A stretch of DNA of 64,000 bases, taken from Octopus vulgaris. Lineage: Eukaryota. Where the stretch lies: NCBI GenBank assembly GCA_951406725.2, contig OX597818.1, forward strand, positions 136,958,001-137,022,000, written 5' to 3'. This document shows, piece after piece, positions 12,793-24,555 of the stretch (positions within the stretch are counted from its first letter, which is position 1; each line of letters starts with the position of its first letter). The notes beneath the pieces are model-generated. The model saw only the letters and a list, made by a program, of their open reading frames with translations, was not told where the DNA came from and searched no databases. Both the position numbers and the translations under genes were made by a program.

Positions 12793-13101
12793 TAAGAAGT
12801 TTTCTTCCCGGTCATGAGGCTCCGGTTCAGCCCCACTACATCGCAACTTGGGCAAGTGTTTTCTACTACGTCTCTGAGCCGACCAAAGTCTAGTGAGTGG
12901 ATTTGGCTGATGGAAACGGAAAGAAGCCCGTCATATATACATACTCACATACGCACATGCATAAATATGTGTAAATGTGTATGCATATGTATGCGTGTGC
13001 GCGTGTGTGTGCGTATATGTGTGTATGTGTATTTGGACTTGGGGTATATATGTCTATTAACATGTCGATTATTCACTGTTTGGGCTACCTGATGTCATCT
13101 A

Positions 13102-13420
13102 AAGTCTTCGTCTTCGTCGCCCTTTTCAAGCCTAGCCAGGCTCATGGGCCCGGTTTCCGGGTTTCTGTGGCGTAAGTGTTCCCCCCAGCTGGACAGGATG
13201 CCAGTCCATCACAGCATTACTCAAGAAACAGGAAGAGAGAGAGTGAGAGAGAGTTGTGGCGAAAGAGTACAACAGGGGTTGCCATCACCCCCTGCCGGAG
13301 CCTCGTGGAGGTTTTAGGTGTTTTCGCTCAATAAACACACACAATGCTCGGTATGGGAATAGAAACCGCGATCCTCCAACTGCGAGTCCGCTGCCCTAAC
13401 CACTGGGCCATTGCGCCTCC
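13102..13420 (-). mobile_element. tRNA-derived SINE family C, alternative tail
   Basis: Head GGAGGCGCAATGGCCCAGTGGTTAGGGC; TSD ATGTCATCTA at 13092-13101 and 13421-13430. Confidence 0.85.
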
Positions 13421-13538
13421 ATGTCATCTACAGTAACGATATAATTTTCAGTGGATCTTTGTCAGGAAATCCGCAATGTCTGTTGAGTTTATAGTTGATA
13501 AAGGAAACGGAAGATGGATTTAGTACGAATCTTTATTC

Positions 13539-13639
13539 AGCACGACGATCGTTTCAACCCGTCCTGCATCTGTCCCATTGGATATTGTGCATCTGGTTGA
13601 GTTGCATCAGTCAGTGCAGGCTGTATCACTTCAGGTGCT
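13539..13639 (-). ncRNA. Hammerhead-ribozyme-like motif with long stem II (Penelope-type)
   Basis: AGCAC-CTGAAGT-(long hairpin)-GAAA-CGATCG-TC-GTGCT: stem I AGCAC/GTGCT, palindromic stem III, GUC triplet; one core deviation (A9 to U). Confidence 0.5.
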
Positions 13640-14379
13640 TGGTGTAGAAAAATATCCCACAAGATATACTGAGATCTCCTTGGCATGTTGCTCTGGCTGG
13701 TTGTGCGTTGGTACACTGACAGAGCGTTACCGGCGAATGCGGCTGGCTATAGTTGACCGTGAATAGATAACATAAATTTAGATCATAAATGATAGAGAAT
13801 AAAATTTGTCGAAGCAAGTTAAGATTAAGAAGGATGGGTATACACTCTTTGACATGAACAAATATACAGACGTACACGCACGCACAAACGCATGTCGCCA
13901 TATTGTTTTATGTGGTTGCAATCTATCAAGATGGTTTTATAAAAGGCTGACATTTAGCTGTTATCTCGCGTCCTGCTGGGTGTCAGATACCCCAGTCAGT
14001 CATAGGTGATTGGTCGTCAAGATGTTAATTTGGTGGACACGCACACAGCACTTATCTTTGTTCTGATATGGGTTTGTTTTTATTCATTAATTTTGATTTC
14101 AAATTTTGGAACAAAACCAGCAATTTCTGGATAGAAGCTAAGTCAATTCCATCGATCCCAGTAATTACCTGATACTTATTTTGTCGACTCAGAAGGTAAA
14201 AAAAAGGCAAAGTTGACCCTGGGGAAATTTGAACTCAGAACGTAAGGACGGACGAAATGCCGCTAAGCATTGTGCCTTGCGTACTAACGATTTTGCCAGC
14301 TCTCCGACTTGTTTAATTCATTAATATTAATAAATCATAACTCATTGAAGGCAATTTTCTCAGTGGGGAAAGAAAAATC

Positions 14380-14846
14380 GGTGCTATTTTGGTGGGTGAT
14401 CTACAAGGGAGATTACTTCAGGTTACATTTTAGTTTGCTTTTCAGTTTCTAAAAGCCCCAAGACGTTGGCTAAAGACTTTTACAATGTGATAAGCGACGA
14501 GACGAAGGCAGTTGCATTTTTACAAGAAATCAGTACTAAATTCACATCATTTCTTAAGAAAAAACAAAGGTGCCACCTTGTTATAATCTACAATATAAAG
14601 GGAGACAACTTTACGTTACATTTTAGTTTAATTTGTGTTAGTGTTACATTCCGTGTGATCTATGTGAACAAATTTACTTTGGTGGGTTATCTACGCGCTT
14701 ATTTTAATTATCATATGGTTTTCTTATTATTAAAATAGTAAGAATTAAAAAAAATACATTTACAATGCTGTGTACAAAATAATTTATACTTTTTATAAAG
14801 TAACCTGAAGTAATCTCCCTTGTAGATCACATGCTACAGTAACACC
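14380..14846 (+). mobile_element. Merlin-like internally deleted DNA transposon
   Basis: GG-initiated ~47-bp TIRs with exact core GTGATCTACAAGGGAGATTACTTCAGGTTAC; 8-bp TSD GAAAAATC (14372-14379/14847-14854); internal KDFYNVISDETKAVAFLQE resembles a Merlin transposase N-terminus. Confidence 0.75.
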
Positions 14847-15101
14847 GAAAAATCTTTTTGCTCCATAAGATATCCGAGAATACCTGTAATCCTCGGCGTT
14901 TAGTTGACTAAATTAACATCTAAGGGTGAAAAGCGAAGTTAACGTCAGCAGGACTTGAACTCAGGTCGTGAACATCCCGAAAATTACGAAAAGATATTAT
15001 GCTTGAGGCTGTAGCAATTCTGCCAACCCATCACTCTGTTGAAGTACTTTATAACTGGTTTCAAATTTTGGCACAAGGCCAGCAGTTTTGGTACTTGTTT
15101 T

Positions 15102-15516
15102 GGATTTTTTCGGTTTGAACGGCAGTTTTTAATATAATTTCTATGTAACTAAAAAATGTTAAACTTCGTATACTGGTAGAATGTGTTTATAAAACATCTT
15201 TTCTCTTGGCTTTATTGAGAAAATTCTATTGTTTGTAAGATATTTGTTGTTTTTTTTCTTCAATTTCTGCAATTTCAACCAATCAGTGACGTCTATTGAG
15301 TTAAAAAGCATTCTGTGCCGTATGAATATGTCCCTCGTTTAAGAAACAGATTGGGTTTATTTACATTTGTGAATAAAAAAAAGATACCCTTCCCCCACCC
15401 TTAACCCTAACCCTAAAAGAGATTGAAATGCAATAGATCGATTCTAGGGCATAATTATGGGTGACAATTTCATATGGCACCGCTAGAAAAAACTGCCGTT
15501 CAAACCGAAAAGATCC
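15102..15516. mobile_element. MITE with GGATC TIRs, 8-bp TSD and internal CCCTAA repeats (copy 1)
   Basis: TIR GGAT(C/T)TTTTCGGTTTGAACGGCAGTTTTT; TSD CTTGTTTT. Confidence 0.9.
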
Positions 15517-16759
15517 CTTGTTTTACCAGTAGTCAACTGGTACTTAGTTCATCGACCCCGAAAAGGCTGAAAGGCAAGGTCGACCACTGGAATTTGAACT
15601 CAGGACGTACAGACGGACGAAATGTCGCTTAGCATTTTACCTAGCGTGCTAATAATTCTGCCTGCTCGCCGCCTTAAAGTACTTCATGATTAAGTTGTTT
15701 TCTGCTCACCCGTTTTCAGAATATTTAGTAATTCATAAACGATTATATACGTGCTCCTTACCCATATAAAATGTATTGAAGTGAAGATATTACAACAATG
15801 TATTCAACGAGGAAAGCAGAACTTGGCAATATGTATTAAATATGCATAGGCGAAGGTGTGGCTGTGTGGTAAGAAGTCTGCTTCCTAACCACTATACTGA
15901 TCCTAGGTTCAGTCCCACAGCGTGAGATTTTGGGCAAGTGTCTTCACCTATAGCCGCAGGTCAACCAAGGCCTTGTGGGTGGATTTTGTACACACACACA
16001 CACATGTGGCTTTGTGGGGTGACTGGGGAAATATAAAGATGTGCACGACTACCCTTGGATGGTTTTGAATTACCATAGAAAGTGCGAGCCCTCTAACTAA
16101 AAAATTGTGGATTTGTATAAAGGACATGCGCGCGCACACACACACACACACACGCATGTCTGTGCTTTACAACCGTTGTTTGTGTGCTTACGTTCCCTTA
16201 ACGGTTCAGCAGAAACAATAAACAAAATTAAATAAAAGCCCGATATATCAAGTACGAGGCTTTAAAAAATATAAGTAGTGGTATCCATCCTAAACCCGTC
16301 AGGACGATGCCTTAGCATGGCCGCAGTCCAATGAGAAACAATAGTTAATAGATGGTAATTTTTATTAGACTGTTCCAGTTCTCTAATAGTTTTCACATTT
16401 CTCAAATAGTTTTCACAATTCTTAATTTCATTAAAAAAAAATGACGCAGGGGAGTTAATTCCAGGGAAGTGACCTTTCCTAAGTTGCTTCCCTTGAATTT
16501 ATTTTTGTATTACTTTTGTATATTTTGTGCTGTTTTCTGTTGAAGTTCTGTAGCTCCCAGGTGAATTATGATCAAGCAAATATCTGTAATGAAGCCATTC
16601 CAGCCGTGACCACTTCGCTCGCATTTCTATAAGAAGCAATGTATATATTTAACTTCATTATTTTTTTTATACAAGGTAGTTGGAATCGTTTAATCAACCC
16701 TGATTGAACAAAGGCTATAAGTGTTTCAGCCGTGATCAAATGTGCATTTCGCTTTCCGT

Positions 16760-17151
16760 GGAGGCGCAATGGCACAGTGGTTAGGGCAGCGGACTCGCGG
16801 TCGTAGGATCGCGGTTTCGATTCCCAGACCGGGCGTTGTGAGTGTTTATTGAGCGAAAACACCTAAAAGCTCCACGAGGCTCCGGCAGGGGATGGTGGTG
16901 ATCCCTGCTGTACTCTTTCACCACAACTTTCTCTCACTCTTACTTCCTGTTTCTGTTGTACCTGTATTTCAAAAGGGCCGGCCTTGTCACTCTCTGTGTG
17001 TCACGCTGAATATCCCCGAGAACTACGTCAAGGGTACACGTGTCTGTGGAGTGCTCAGCCACTTACATGTTAATTTCACGAGCAGGCTGTTCCGTTGATC
17101 GGTTCAACCTGAACCCTCATCGTCGTAACCGACGGAGTGCTTCCATCCATC
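16760..17151 (+). mobile_element. tRNA-derived SINE family C
   Basis: A and B boxes; (TCCA)n tail; TSD CATTTCGCTTTCC at 16745-16757 and 17152-17164. Confidence 0.9.
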
Positions 17152-17992
17152 CATTTCGCTTTCCAAAATACTAGTGTGTAGTTTGAGAGAGATTTAGTTA
17201 TTATTCACGCAAATCGAGCGACAATCTAGAACCTATTCTGTTGGTTCGACTGCTTTTTAGACCAAATAATTGCCTTCTGCAATTCCGGAGTAATTGGACA
17301 CACAAATGTCTATTTAAATAGAAAATTATCGAAAGGAACAATGGAAGAATCGGTAGAGTGTTGATCAAAATGCTTCGTCGTCTTTTTTTATGTTATAATG
17401 TCAAACATCGCTGAGGACATCTTTACTTTTCATTTACAATGATGTCGAAAAAAAAAATGGAATTATATTAACAATTGGTTTTATTAGAATGTCTGACAAA
17501 ATGCTTACAATGTGTAGTTACAATTCTTTAAGTTTTGAGTTCGAATTCAACTGAGAGCTATTTTGCTTTTCATTCTTCCAGTGTCGATAAAATAAAGTAC
17601 TAGTCAAATTTTAGCACAGTGCCAGCGGTGTTTAGGGGTGGAGTAGGTCGATTACGTCGGCCCCAGTGTTCTACTTGTATTTTATTTTATCAACCTCGCA
17701 AGGACAAAAGGCAAAGTCGACCTCGGTGGAATTTGAACTCAGAACGTCAAGACGGACGAAATGTCGCTAAGCATTTTGTCCGGCGTGTTAACGGTTTTTT
17801 TCTTCCTTTTTTTATTTTCTAGTCTAGGAACAAGGTCTGAAGTTTTTGGGGAGAGGCCAGTCGATTAGATCGATCCCAGTACGCAACTGGTACCTAATTT
17901 ATTGAGCCCGAAAGGATGAAAGGCAAAGTCAACCTCGGTGGAATTTGAACTCAGAACGTAAAGACAGACGAAATACCGCTAAGCATTTCGCA

Positions 17993-20057
17993 ATTTTTTT
18001 TATTTCCCACCAGGGGACAATACAATCTGATATGGGGTCAGATTTAACGTATGAATTGACACAAAGATGAATTTAAAAATTTTACATAAATATGAAGAGT
18101 TCGAATGATTCGACAACATTACAGAATGGAGTGGGGAGGTGGGATATGTTCGGACCCCATGAGCCCCGCCTCACCACTGATGCTTCAGGTTCATCCTGCG
18201 TTGTATTCATGTAGTCCCATCAATACACAACATTCGTGCGATATTCTTCCATCAATCTTGAAACATTTTCGCGGACAGGCATTTTCTCTCTCGCCCTATT
18301 TTCCTTCTTAGGTGGAAGGTGAAGAAATTCACCAACCCAGGGCTAGAGATAAAAATGCCTGTTATTAACCCTTTCACTCGTGTCTTCCAAATCACTTCTC
18401 TCGCAATTGCTACAACGATGAGAAAGCAATTCTTACCTTATTTCGATAGGAAATCCGGTGGGTCACTTTTTACTATTAACTCAGTCGATAGCTGTACTCT
18501 TCCTGTACTCCGAACGCTGAACAATAGCGTGCGGGACGGTTTCCCTGTCCTGCCCACATCTTGGACAGGTCGGTGGGTCAGGGGCACTATGCCTTGCGAG
18601 CTTGTCCCAGACAGGTAAGGCTCCTCGGTAACACTGCCATGGCAAAGACTTCTTATCCAGTGTCTTCGGCCCGAATGTACGTTGGAACAGATAGGCTCGC
18701 TGATTATCATCGAGACCTAGGGCTTCCTCCAAGGTATCGTCACATTTCGCCTCTACCAACCCTCTATAAACCACTACCGCAGGCGTTGCCCGAGAAATGG
18801 AATATCCAGAGAGCCTTACGACACTCCGTAAACCATGTATCCAACTTCGATCTGTGATAGAACCAGGTTTCCAGTCCACCGAAACAAGTAAACTTGGAAA
18901 ACATGTTTCGCTAGCGGAGACCACAGTCGTTCACCAGGCAGATGGAGCCACAGATGCCTTAACCTCAGCGCGTACCTGCGCATCATCAGCCAAGCCATCC
19001 CACCTAGCCCACCCTTTAACTGTTGTTGGCAGCAAATAGAGCGTCTCACAAACGGCTTCGGGCCCTTCCACAAGAAGCGGAAGAGCTGTCTCTCTAGCTT
19101 GCTCAACCACGAATTAGAGCGGGGAACGACGGTTAGGCGGTAGGTGATGACCGATGCGATGAACACATTGGCCACCTCTGCCCTCCTCTTCAGGGATAGC
19201 CACCGTCTTGGATATGTGGGTGATCCTGCTCGCTACCTCGGCCCAGTTCTTCTTTATTTGGAGGCCTGGACCAAACCAGACTCCTAGCAACATAATCGGA
19301 CCCTCCGTCCAACGTCCCACGACGCTGCCAGGAGGCATCGACTTGCCTCTCCAGGTGCTGAGCTGCAAGCCGACTGACTTTTCGCGATAAACTTTTACTC
19401 CTGTCACCGTCTCGTATTCCTCAATGGCCTTGCCTAAGCTCTGTAGGTGATCCATTTCACTTACGATGATGGTGATGTCGTCCGCGTACGCTGAAACCGA
19501 CTCTCCACAACCTGGCTGTCTCGGGGTGTCGCTCAATTTTCGCAGCAATGGCTAAAGAGCCATTACATACAAAAGCGGGGAGAGCGGACACCCTTGACGA
19601 ACCGAGCGTTTGATGCTGAACGGCTTAGATAAAAAGCCGTTCACCTGAACTACCGAGTGGATGTTGTGATAAATTTCAATGATCCACCTAAGGAAGCCAA
19701 GACCTAGGCCAGACTGTGCCAGAACGGACACCAAGTAATGATGGTTTACCCTATCAAAAGCCTTTGATTGGTCAAAATGGACCATTGCCCCTCCCTTGCC
19801 AGAATCATTATTAAACCTCTTTACAGTGTATCGTAGAAGATGGAGATTACCCTGAACGGTTCTACCGGGAACGGTACATGTCTGCGCTTTCCCGATCAAG
19901 CCATCCGCGACACGCGCCAATCTTTTCGATAACACTTTGGCCACAATCTTCAACTGTGTGTTTAGCAGTGATGGGCCGAAAATTATCAATGCACTCCCCT
20001 TGTTCGGTCCTTTCTGACAAGCGTCGCCACTCCCCAGCACACAGATCTGGGATTGAA
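17993..20057 (-). mobile_element. 5'-truncated, frameshifted Tx1/L1-clade LINE
   Basis: NFRPIT, DQSKAFDRV, VRQGCPLSPLLY, SAYADDIT, C-terminal CPRC..ETVPHA; 3' end GGGAAATAAAAAAA near 17993. Confidence 0.85.
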
Positions 20058-20123
20058 TGAATATATATATATACATATATACAACATATAATTGCCAAGC
20101 AAGTGAGGCGTCCTATAAAGGAC

Positions 20124-20154
<31 letters not shown>

Positions 20155-21009
20155 GATAGATACACACACACATATAAATATATATATATATATATATATA
20201 TTTGTGTGTCTATGTTTGTCCCCCCACCATCATTTGACAACCGATGCTGGTGTGTTTACGTCCCCGTAACTTAGCGGCTCGGCAAAAAGAGAGCGATAGA
20301 ATAAGTACTAGGCTTACAAAGAATAAGTCCTGGGGGCGATTTTTTCGACTAAAGGCGGTGCTTCAGCATGACCGCAGTCAAATGACTGAAACAAGTAAAA
20401 GAATTAAGAAAAAAAGAAAATATGTATGTGTGTGTGTATGTGTATGTGTGAATGTGTGTGCGTATGTGAATGTATGTGTACGTGTGTATCTTTGCGTTCG
20501 TACTCCTATGCTGATGTCTGTGTATTTACCTTCCCGTTACTTGGTGGTTTGGCAAAAGATAGAATAAGTAGTACCAGACTTAAAGAATATAAGTACTGGA
20601 ATCGATTTACATTATTTGCTAACCAACCACATGGTTCCGGGTTCAGTCCCACTGCGTGGCATCTTGGGGGAGGTGTCTTCTGCTATACCCCCGGGCCGAC
20701 CAATGCCTTGTGAGTGGATTTGGTAGACGGAAACTGAAAGAAGCCTGTCGTATATATGTATATATATATATGTATGTGTGTGTGTGTGTGTGTTCGTGTG
20801 TCTGTGTTTGTCCCCCTAGCATCGCTTGACAACCGATGCTGGTGTGTTTACGTCCCCGTCACTTAGCGTTTCGGCAAAAGAGACCGATAGAATAAGTACT
20901 GGGCTTACAAAGAATAAGTCCCGGGGTCGATTTGCTCGACTAAAAGTCGGTGCTCCAGCATGGCCGCAGTCAAATGACTGAAACAAGTAAAAGAGTAAAA
21001 AAAAAAAAG

Positions 21010-21165
21010 AGTTGATAGATATTTGTCCTCATCTTGTCTGTTGTTGACACAACGTTTCGGCTGATATACCCTCCAGCCTTCATCAGGTGTCTTGGGGAAA
21101 TTTCGAACATGGGGTCTCATTCCTAAGGTATTTTTCGATGTTGTTGTTGTTGTTATCATTATTAT
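21010..21165 (-). mobile_element. Hammerhead-bearing tail of a tRNA-headed SINE-like element (head at 22690-22773)
   Basis: Near-identical to 22860-23010 in inverted orientation; preceded on the minus strand by the (AAT/AAC)n linker. Confidence 0.7.
21046..21091 (-). ncRNA. Minimal type-I hammerhead ribozyme
   Basis: GACAC-CTGATGA-A-GGCTG(gagggtatat)CAGCC-GAAA-CG-TT-GTGTC: complete core, 5-bp stems I and II, loopless stem III (needs a dimer). Confidence 0.75.
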
Positions 21166-22535
21166 TCAGTAGTTTTATTTTTATAGCGTGCTTTCACTTC
21201 ACTACCGAGCGCAGCTCTGTGTGCCTTGGGTATGTGCTGTGATGCTCTGATGGTTACTGTATTGAAAGTGTTCTGCGTAGGATGTGTGCAGTGCCTAGTA
21301 GTGCAATTTTCTGTATGTTATATGTGTTTGTAAGTCCTGGTGTTTTTGTTATGTATTTGTCCGAATATTTTTTTATCATACCTAATGCACCTACTATGAT
21401 GGGAATTGTTTCTGTTTTTATATTCCACATTCTAGTTACCTCTATTTCCGGGTTTTTGTATTTTGAAAGTTTCGCCATTTCTTTTAGAGACACGTTGTCA
21501 TCTGCTGGTAATGATACATCAATTAGAAAGCATTTTTTTCCTTCATGATCTCTAACAACTATATCTGGTCTGTTGGCCTTAATTTCTCTATCTGTGTGTA
21601 TTGGCATATCCCAGAGTATGGTTGCTTTCTCATTTTCTGTGACCGTTTCTGGTGTGTGCTTATACCATCTTTTTTCTGTTATTATTCCATAATGTTGGCA
21701 TAGCTTCAAGTGTATGTAGGTCCCAACTCTGTCGTGTCTGTGAATATATTCCTTCTTAGCCAGGACTGGGCAGCCAGAGATAATATGATTATTGTTTCTT
21801 GTCCATCTCCACATATTCTGCAATTCCTTGTTATATTTCTTTTCATTACATGTTTTTGGTACTTTCTGGTGGGGAGGCTTAAAAATCCCTCTCTCAGCTT
21901 CTCAACCATTGCTGGAATTTTTCTTTGTCTATTTCTTTTGCATTTAGTTTAGTCCAGTATTTACCATGAAGGGGCTTTTCTTGCCATTGTTTTATCATGG
22001 TCCGTTGCTGTTCTAGTTTTAGTATGGATTTCATTTGTTTTATAGCTTTTGTTTCTTCTTCTTCTTCTTCTTCTTCTTCTTCTTCTTCTTCTTCTTCTTC
22101 TTCTTCTTCTTCTTCTTCTTCTTCTTCTTCTTCTTCTTCTTCTTCTTCTTCTTCTTCTTCTTCATATTTGTTAGGTGGTATAATTTCTTGTTTGTATTTC
22201 TCAGCTTCCTTAAATACTGAGAACAGTTTTTTGTTTTGCTCGTGTTTTGCCGCTATTTGTATCAGTTTTCCTTCCTTCTGAAGTAGATATTTTTGCAGTC
22301 CTATGGTGGTTATTTTATAGTAGTTTTCCAGCTGTATAAGGCTTCTACCACCTTCTATACGTTGTATATATAGTCTTTCTATGTTAGATTTTGGGTGATG
22401 CATCCTAGATCCTGTCATTATTTTTCTTGTTTTCCTATCTACTTTGGTCAGTTCATTTAGTATCCAGTTAAGGATATTGTAGCTGTAACTTATAACTGGG
22501 ACAGCTAAAGTGTTAATACCTATTAACACTTTACC

Positions 22536-22536
<1 letters not shown>
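21166..22536 (-). mobile_element. 5'-truncated R4/Dong-like LINE in a (TAA)n tract
   Basis: INTLAVPVISYS, LHGKYW, CRICG...HIISGC, HRHDRVG, RPDIVV..LIDVS, PIIVGALG..QKIALLGTAHILR; in-frame (GAA)n expansion at ~22053-22163. Confidence 0.9.
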
Positions 22537-22586
<50 letters not shown>

Positions 22587-22601
22587 TATTACTATTATTA
22601 C

Positions 22602-22667
<66 letters not shown>

Positions 22668-22689
22668 TGTTGTTGTTGTTGTCGTTGTC

Positions 22690-22773
22690 GTTCAGGTCGT
22701 TGCTTGGAATCGAACTCGGAATCTTGGGGTCAGTAGCTCGCGCTCTTAACCACTACTTCATATGCCCGTGGGC
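22690..22773 (-). mobile_element. tRNA-derived head of the hammerhead SINE-like element
   Basis: GGGCATATGAAGTAGTGGTTAAG (A-box-like) and GAGTTCGATTCC (B box), followed by (AAC)n(AAT)n. Confidence 0.7.
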
Positions 22774-22827
<54 letters not shown>

Positions 22828-22928
22828 GTAATAATAATGATAATAATGATAATAATAACAACAACAACAACAACAACAACATCGAAAAATACCTTAGGAA
22901 TGAGAACCCATGTTCGAAATTTCCCCAA

Positions 22929-22974
22929 GACACCTGAAGAAGGCTGGAGGGTATATCAGCCGAAACGTTGTGTT
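22929..22974 (+). ncRNA. Minimal hammerhead ribozyme, second copy (within inverted tail ~22860-23055)
   Basis: GACAC-CTGAAGA-A-GGCTG...CAGCC-GAAA-CG-TT-GTGTT; both differences from copy 1 are tolerated (N7 position, G-U pair). Confidence 0.75.
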
Positions 22975-23540
22975 AACAACAAGCAAGATGAGGACAAATA
23001 TTCGTCGAATGTAAATAATATAAATAATGTACATAATTCCTCATCTCTTAAATATGGAATCGATTTGTTAGACTAAACCAGTGGTTCCCAACTTTTTTGT
23101 ACTACCACTCCCTTGGCACCCAAGCTACTTCCCCACGCTCTCCTCCCTCTCCAAACATACACACCTTTATACTGCTAATTCAAAACAACCGTATTTCACA
23201 AATAAAACTTAACCTAGTAAATCCATTACTTTGCTGTTTTTTTACAATATGAAAGAATAAACTTACATCTCACCTGTAACACTTGTTTTCATATTTTCAA
23301 TGGTAAAGGTGTACTTAGTACAGATATACCAGCTTCTCCACATCAGGCTGAAAGGTACTAAGAAGTAGTCTTAGGATCCCCTATTCAACAGTTATCAGTC
23401 TGAAGTCCTGCTCTACGATTTATGATATTGAGAAGGCAATGAAGTACACCTTGACTTTGTTACTCGGTGCAGTCCCTAGGGACCTTAGTTTGGTACTTTA
23501 TTAAAGTAAGAACAATCACAACATCCATCCATCCATCAAT

Positions 23541-23576
<36 letters not shown>

Positions 23577-24300
23577 ACAAACATACTAACGTACGTATGT
23601 GTGTGTGTGTGTGTGTGTTCTTTGCATTCTGTTACTGTTGTTGTCATTGTTGTTGACGTTTTTGTGGCTGTGTGGTAAGTAGCTTGCTTACGAATCACAT
23701 GGTTCCGGGTTCAGTCCCACTGCGTGGCACCTTGGGCAAGTGTCTTCTACTATAGCCTCGGGTCGACCAAAACCTTGTGAATGGATTTGGTAGACGGAAA
23801 CTGAAAGAAGCCTGTCGTATATATGTATATATATATATATGTGTGTATGTGTGTGCATATGTTTGTGTTTGTCCCCCCCAACATCGCTTGACAACCGGTG
23901 CTGGTGTGTTTACGTCCCCGTAACTTAGCGGTTCGGCAAAACAGACCAATAGAATAAGTACAAGGCTTACAAAGAATAAGTCCTGGGGTTGATTTGCTCG
24001 ACTAAAGGCGGTGCTCCAGCATGGCCACAGTCAAATGACTGAATCAAGTAAAAGAGTAAAAGAGAGTATCGTTTCTTTGATCTTTCTCTTATCTCCATAG
24101 GTAATTTTATAATTTGCTTCATTGATAAACTTTTGGATTTTATTAAAGAATTATTTTTGCTCTTCTTGTTTTGCGAAGAAAATTAGACAGGATTTCAGGC
24201 ATCTTTTTCAGGGCGATTTTTATACACTGTTTTCTAAATGTGAGAGCGCTATTGAAAGGAAGAGGAAGGTGGGATGCTGTGCAATCCAGCACCCTCTTTT

Positions 24301-24555
24301 AGTTAGTTAGTTAGTTAGTTAATTTTTTGGCTCAAAAAGCAAAAAGCAAGGCCATGTAGGGGGACATGGAGTTATGTACAGGGTGGTGTTCATGTAAAGA
24401 GTTCAGGCCACTTGTGGTCAAGGGAGACTTTGAACCGAGCGGTCGTCGGCATCTTCACTATCTCGTCCGGCAGCTTATTCCACGGATCCGCAACCCGGAC
24501 GGAGAAAGCCCCTCTCCTTCGATTGAGATGAAATCGTCGCAGATAGAGCTTTTGG
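24301..24555 (-). mobile_element. CR1-like LINE 3' end with (TAAC)n tail
   Basis: KLYLRRFHLNRRRGAFSVRVADPWNKLPDEIVKMPTTARFKVSLDHKWPELFT* matches the CR1 C-terminal pattern. Confidence 0.75.

Noticed and set aside
15395-15416. Telomere or interstitial telomeric site
   Set aside because: Only a few CCCTAA units, internal to a MITE.
16760-16832. Functional tRNA gene
   Set aside because: It is a SINE head continuing into body and tail within TSDs.
23079-23130. hAT-like end CAGTGGTTCCCAA (a similar hAT-like end lies near 48125)
   Set aside because: No convincing partner TIR or TSD found.
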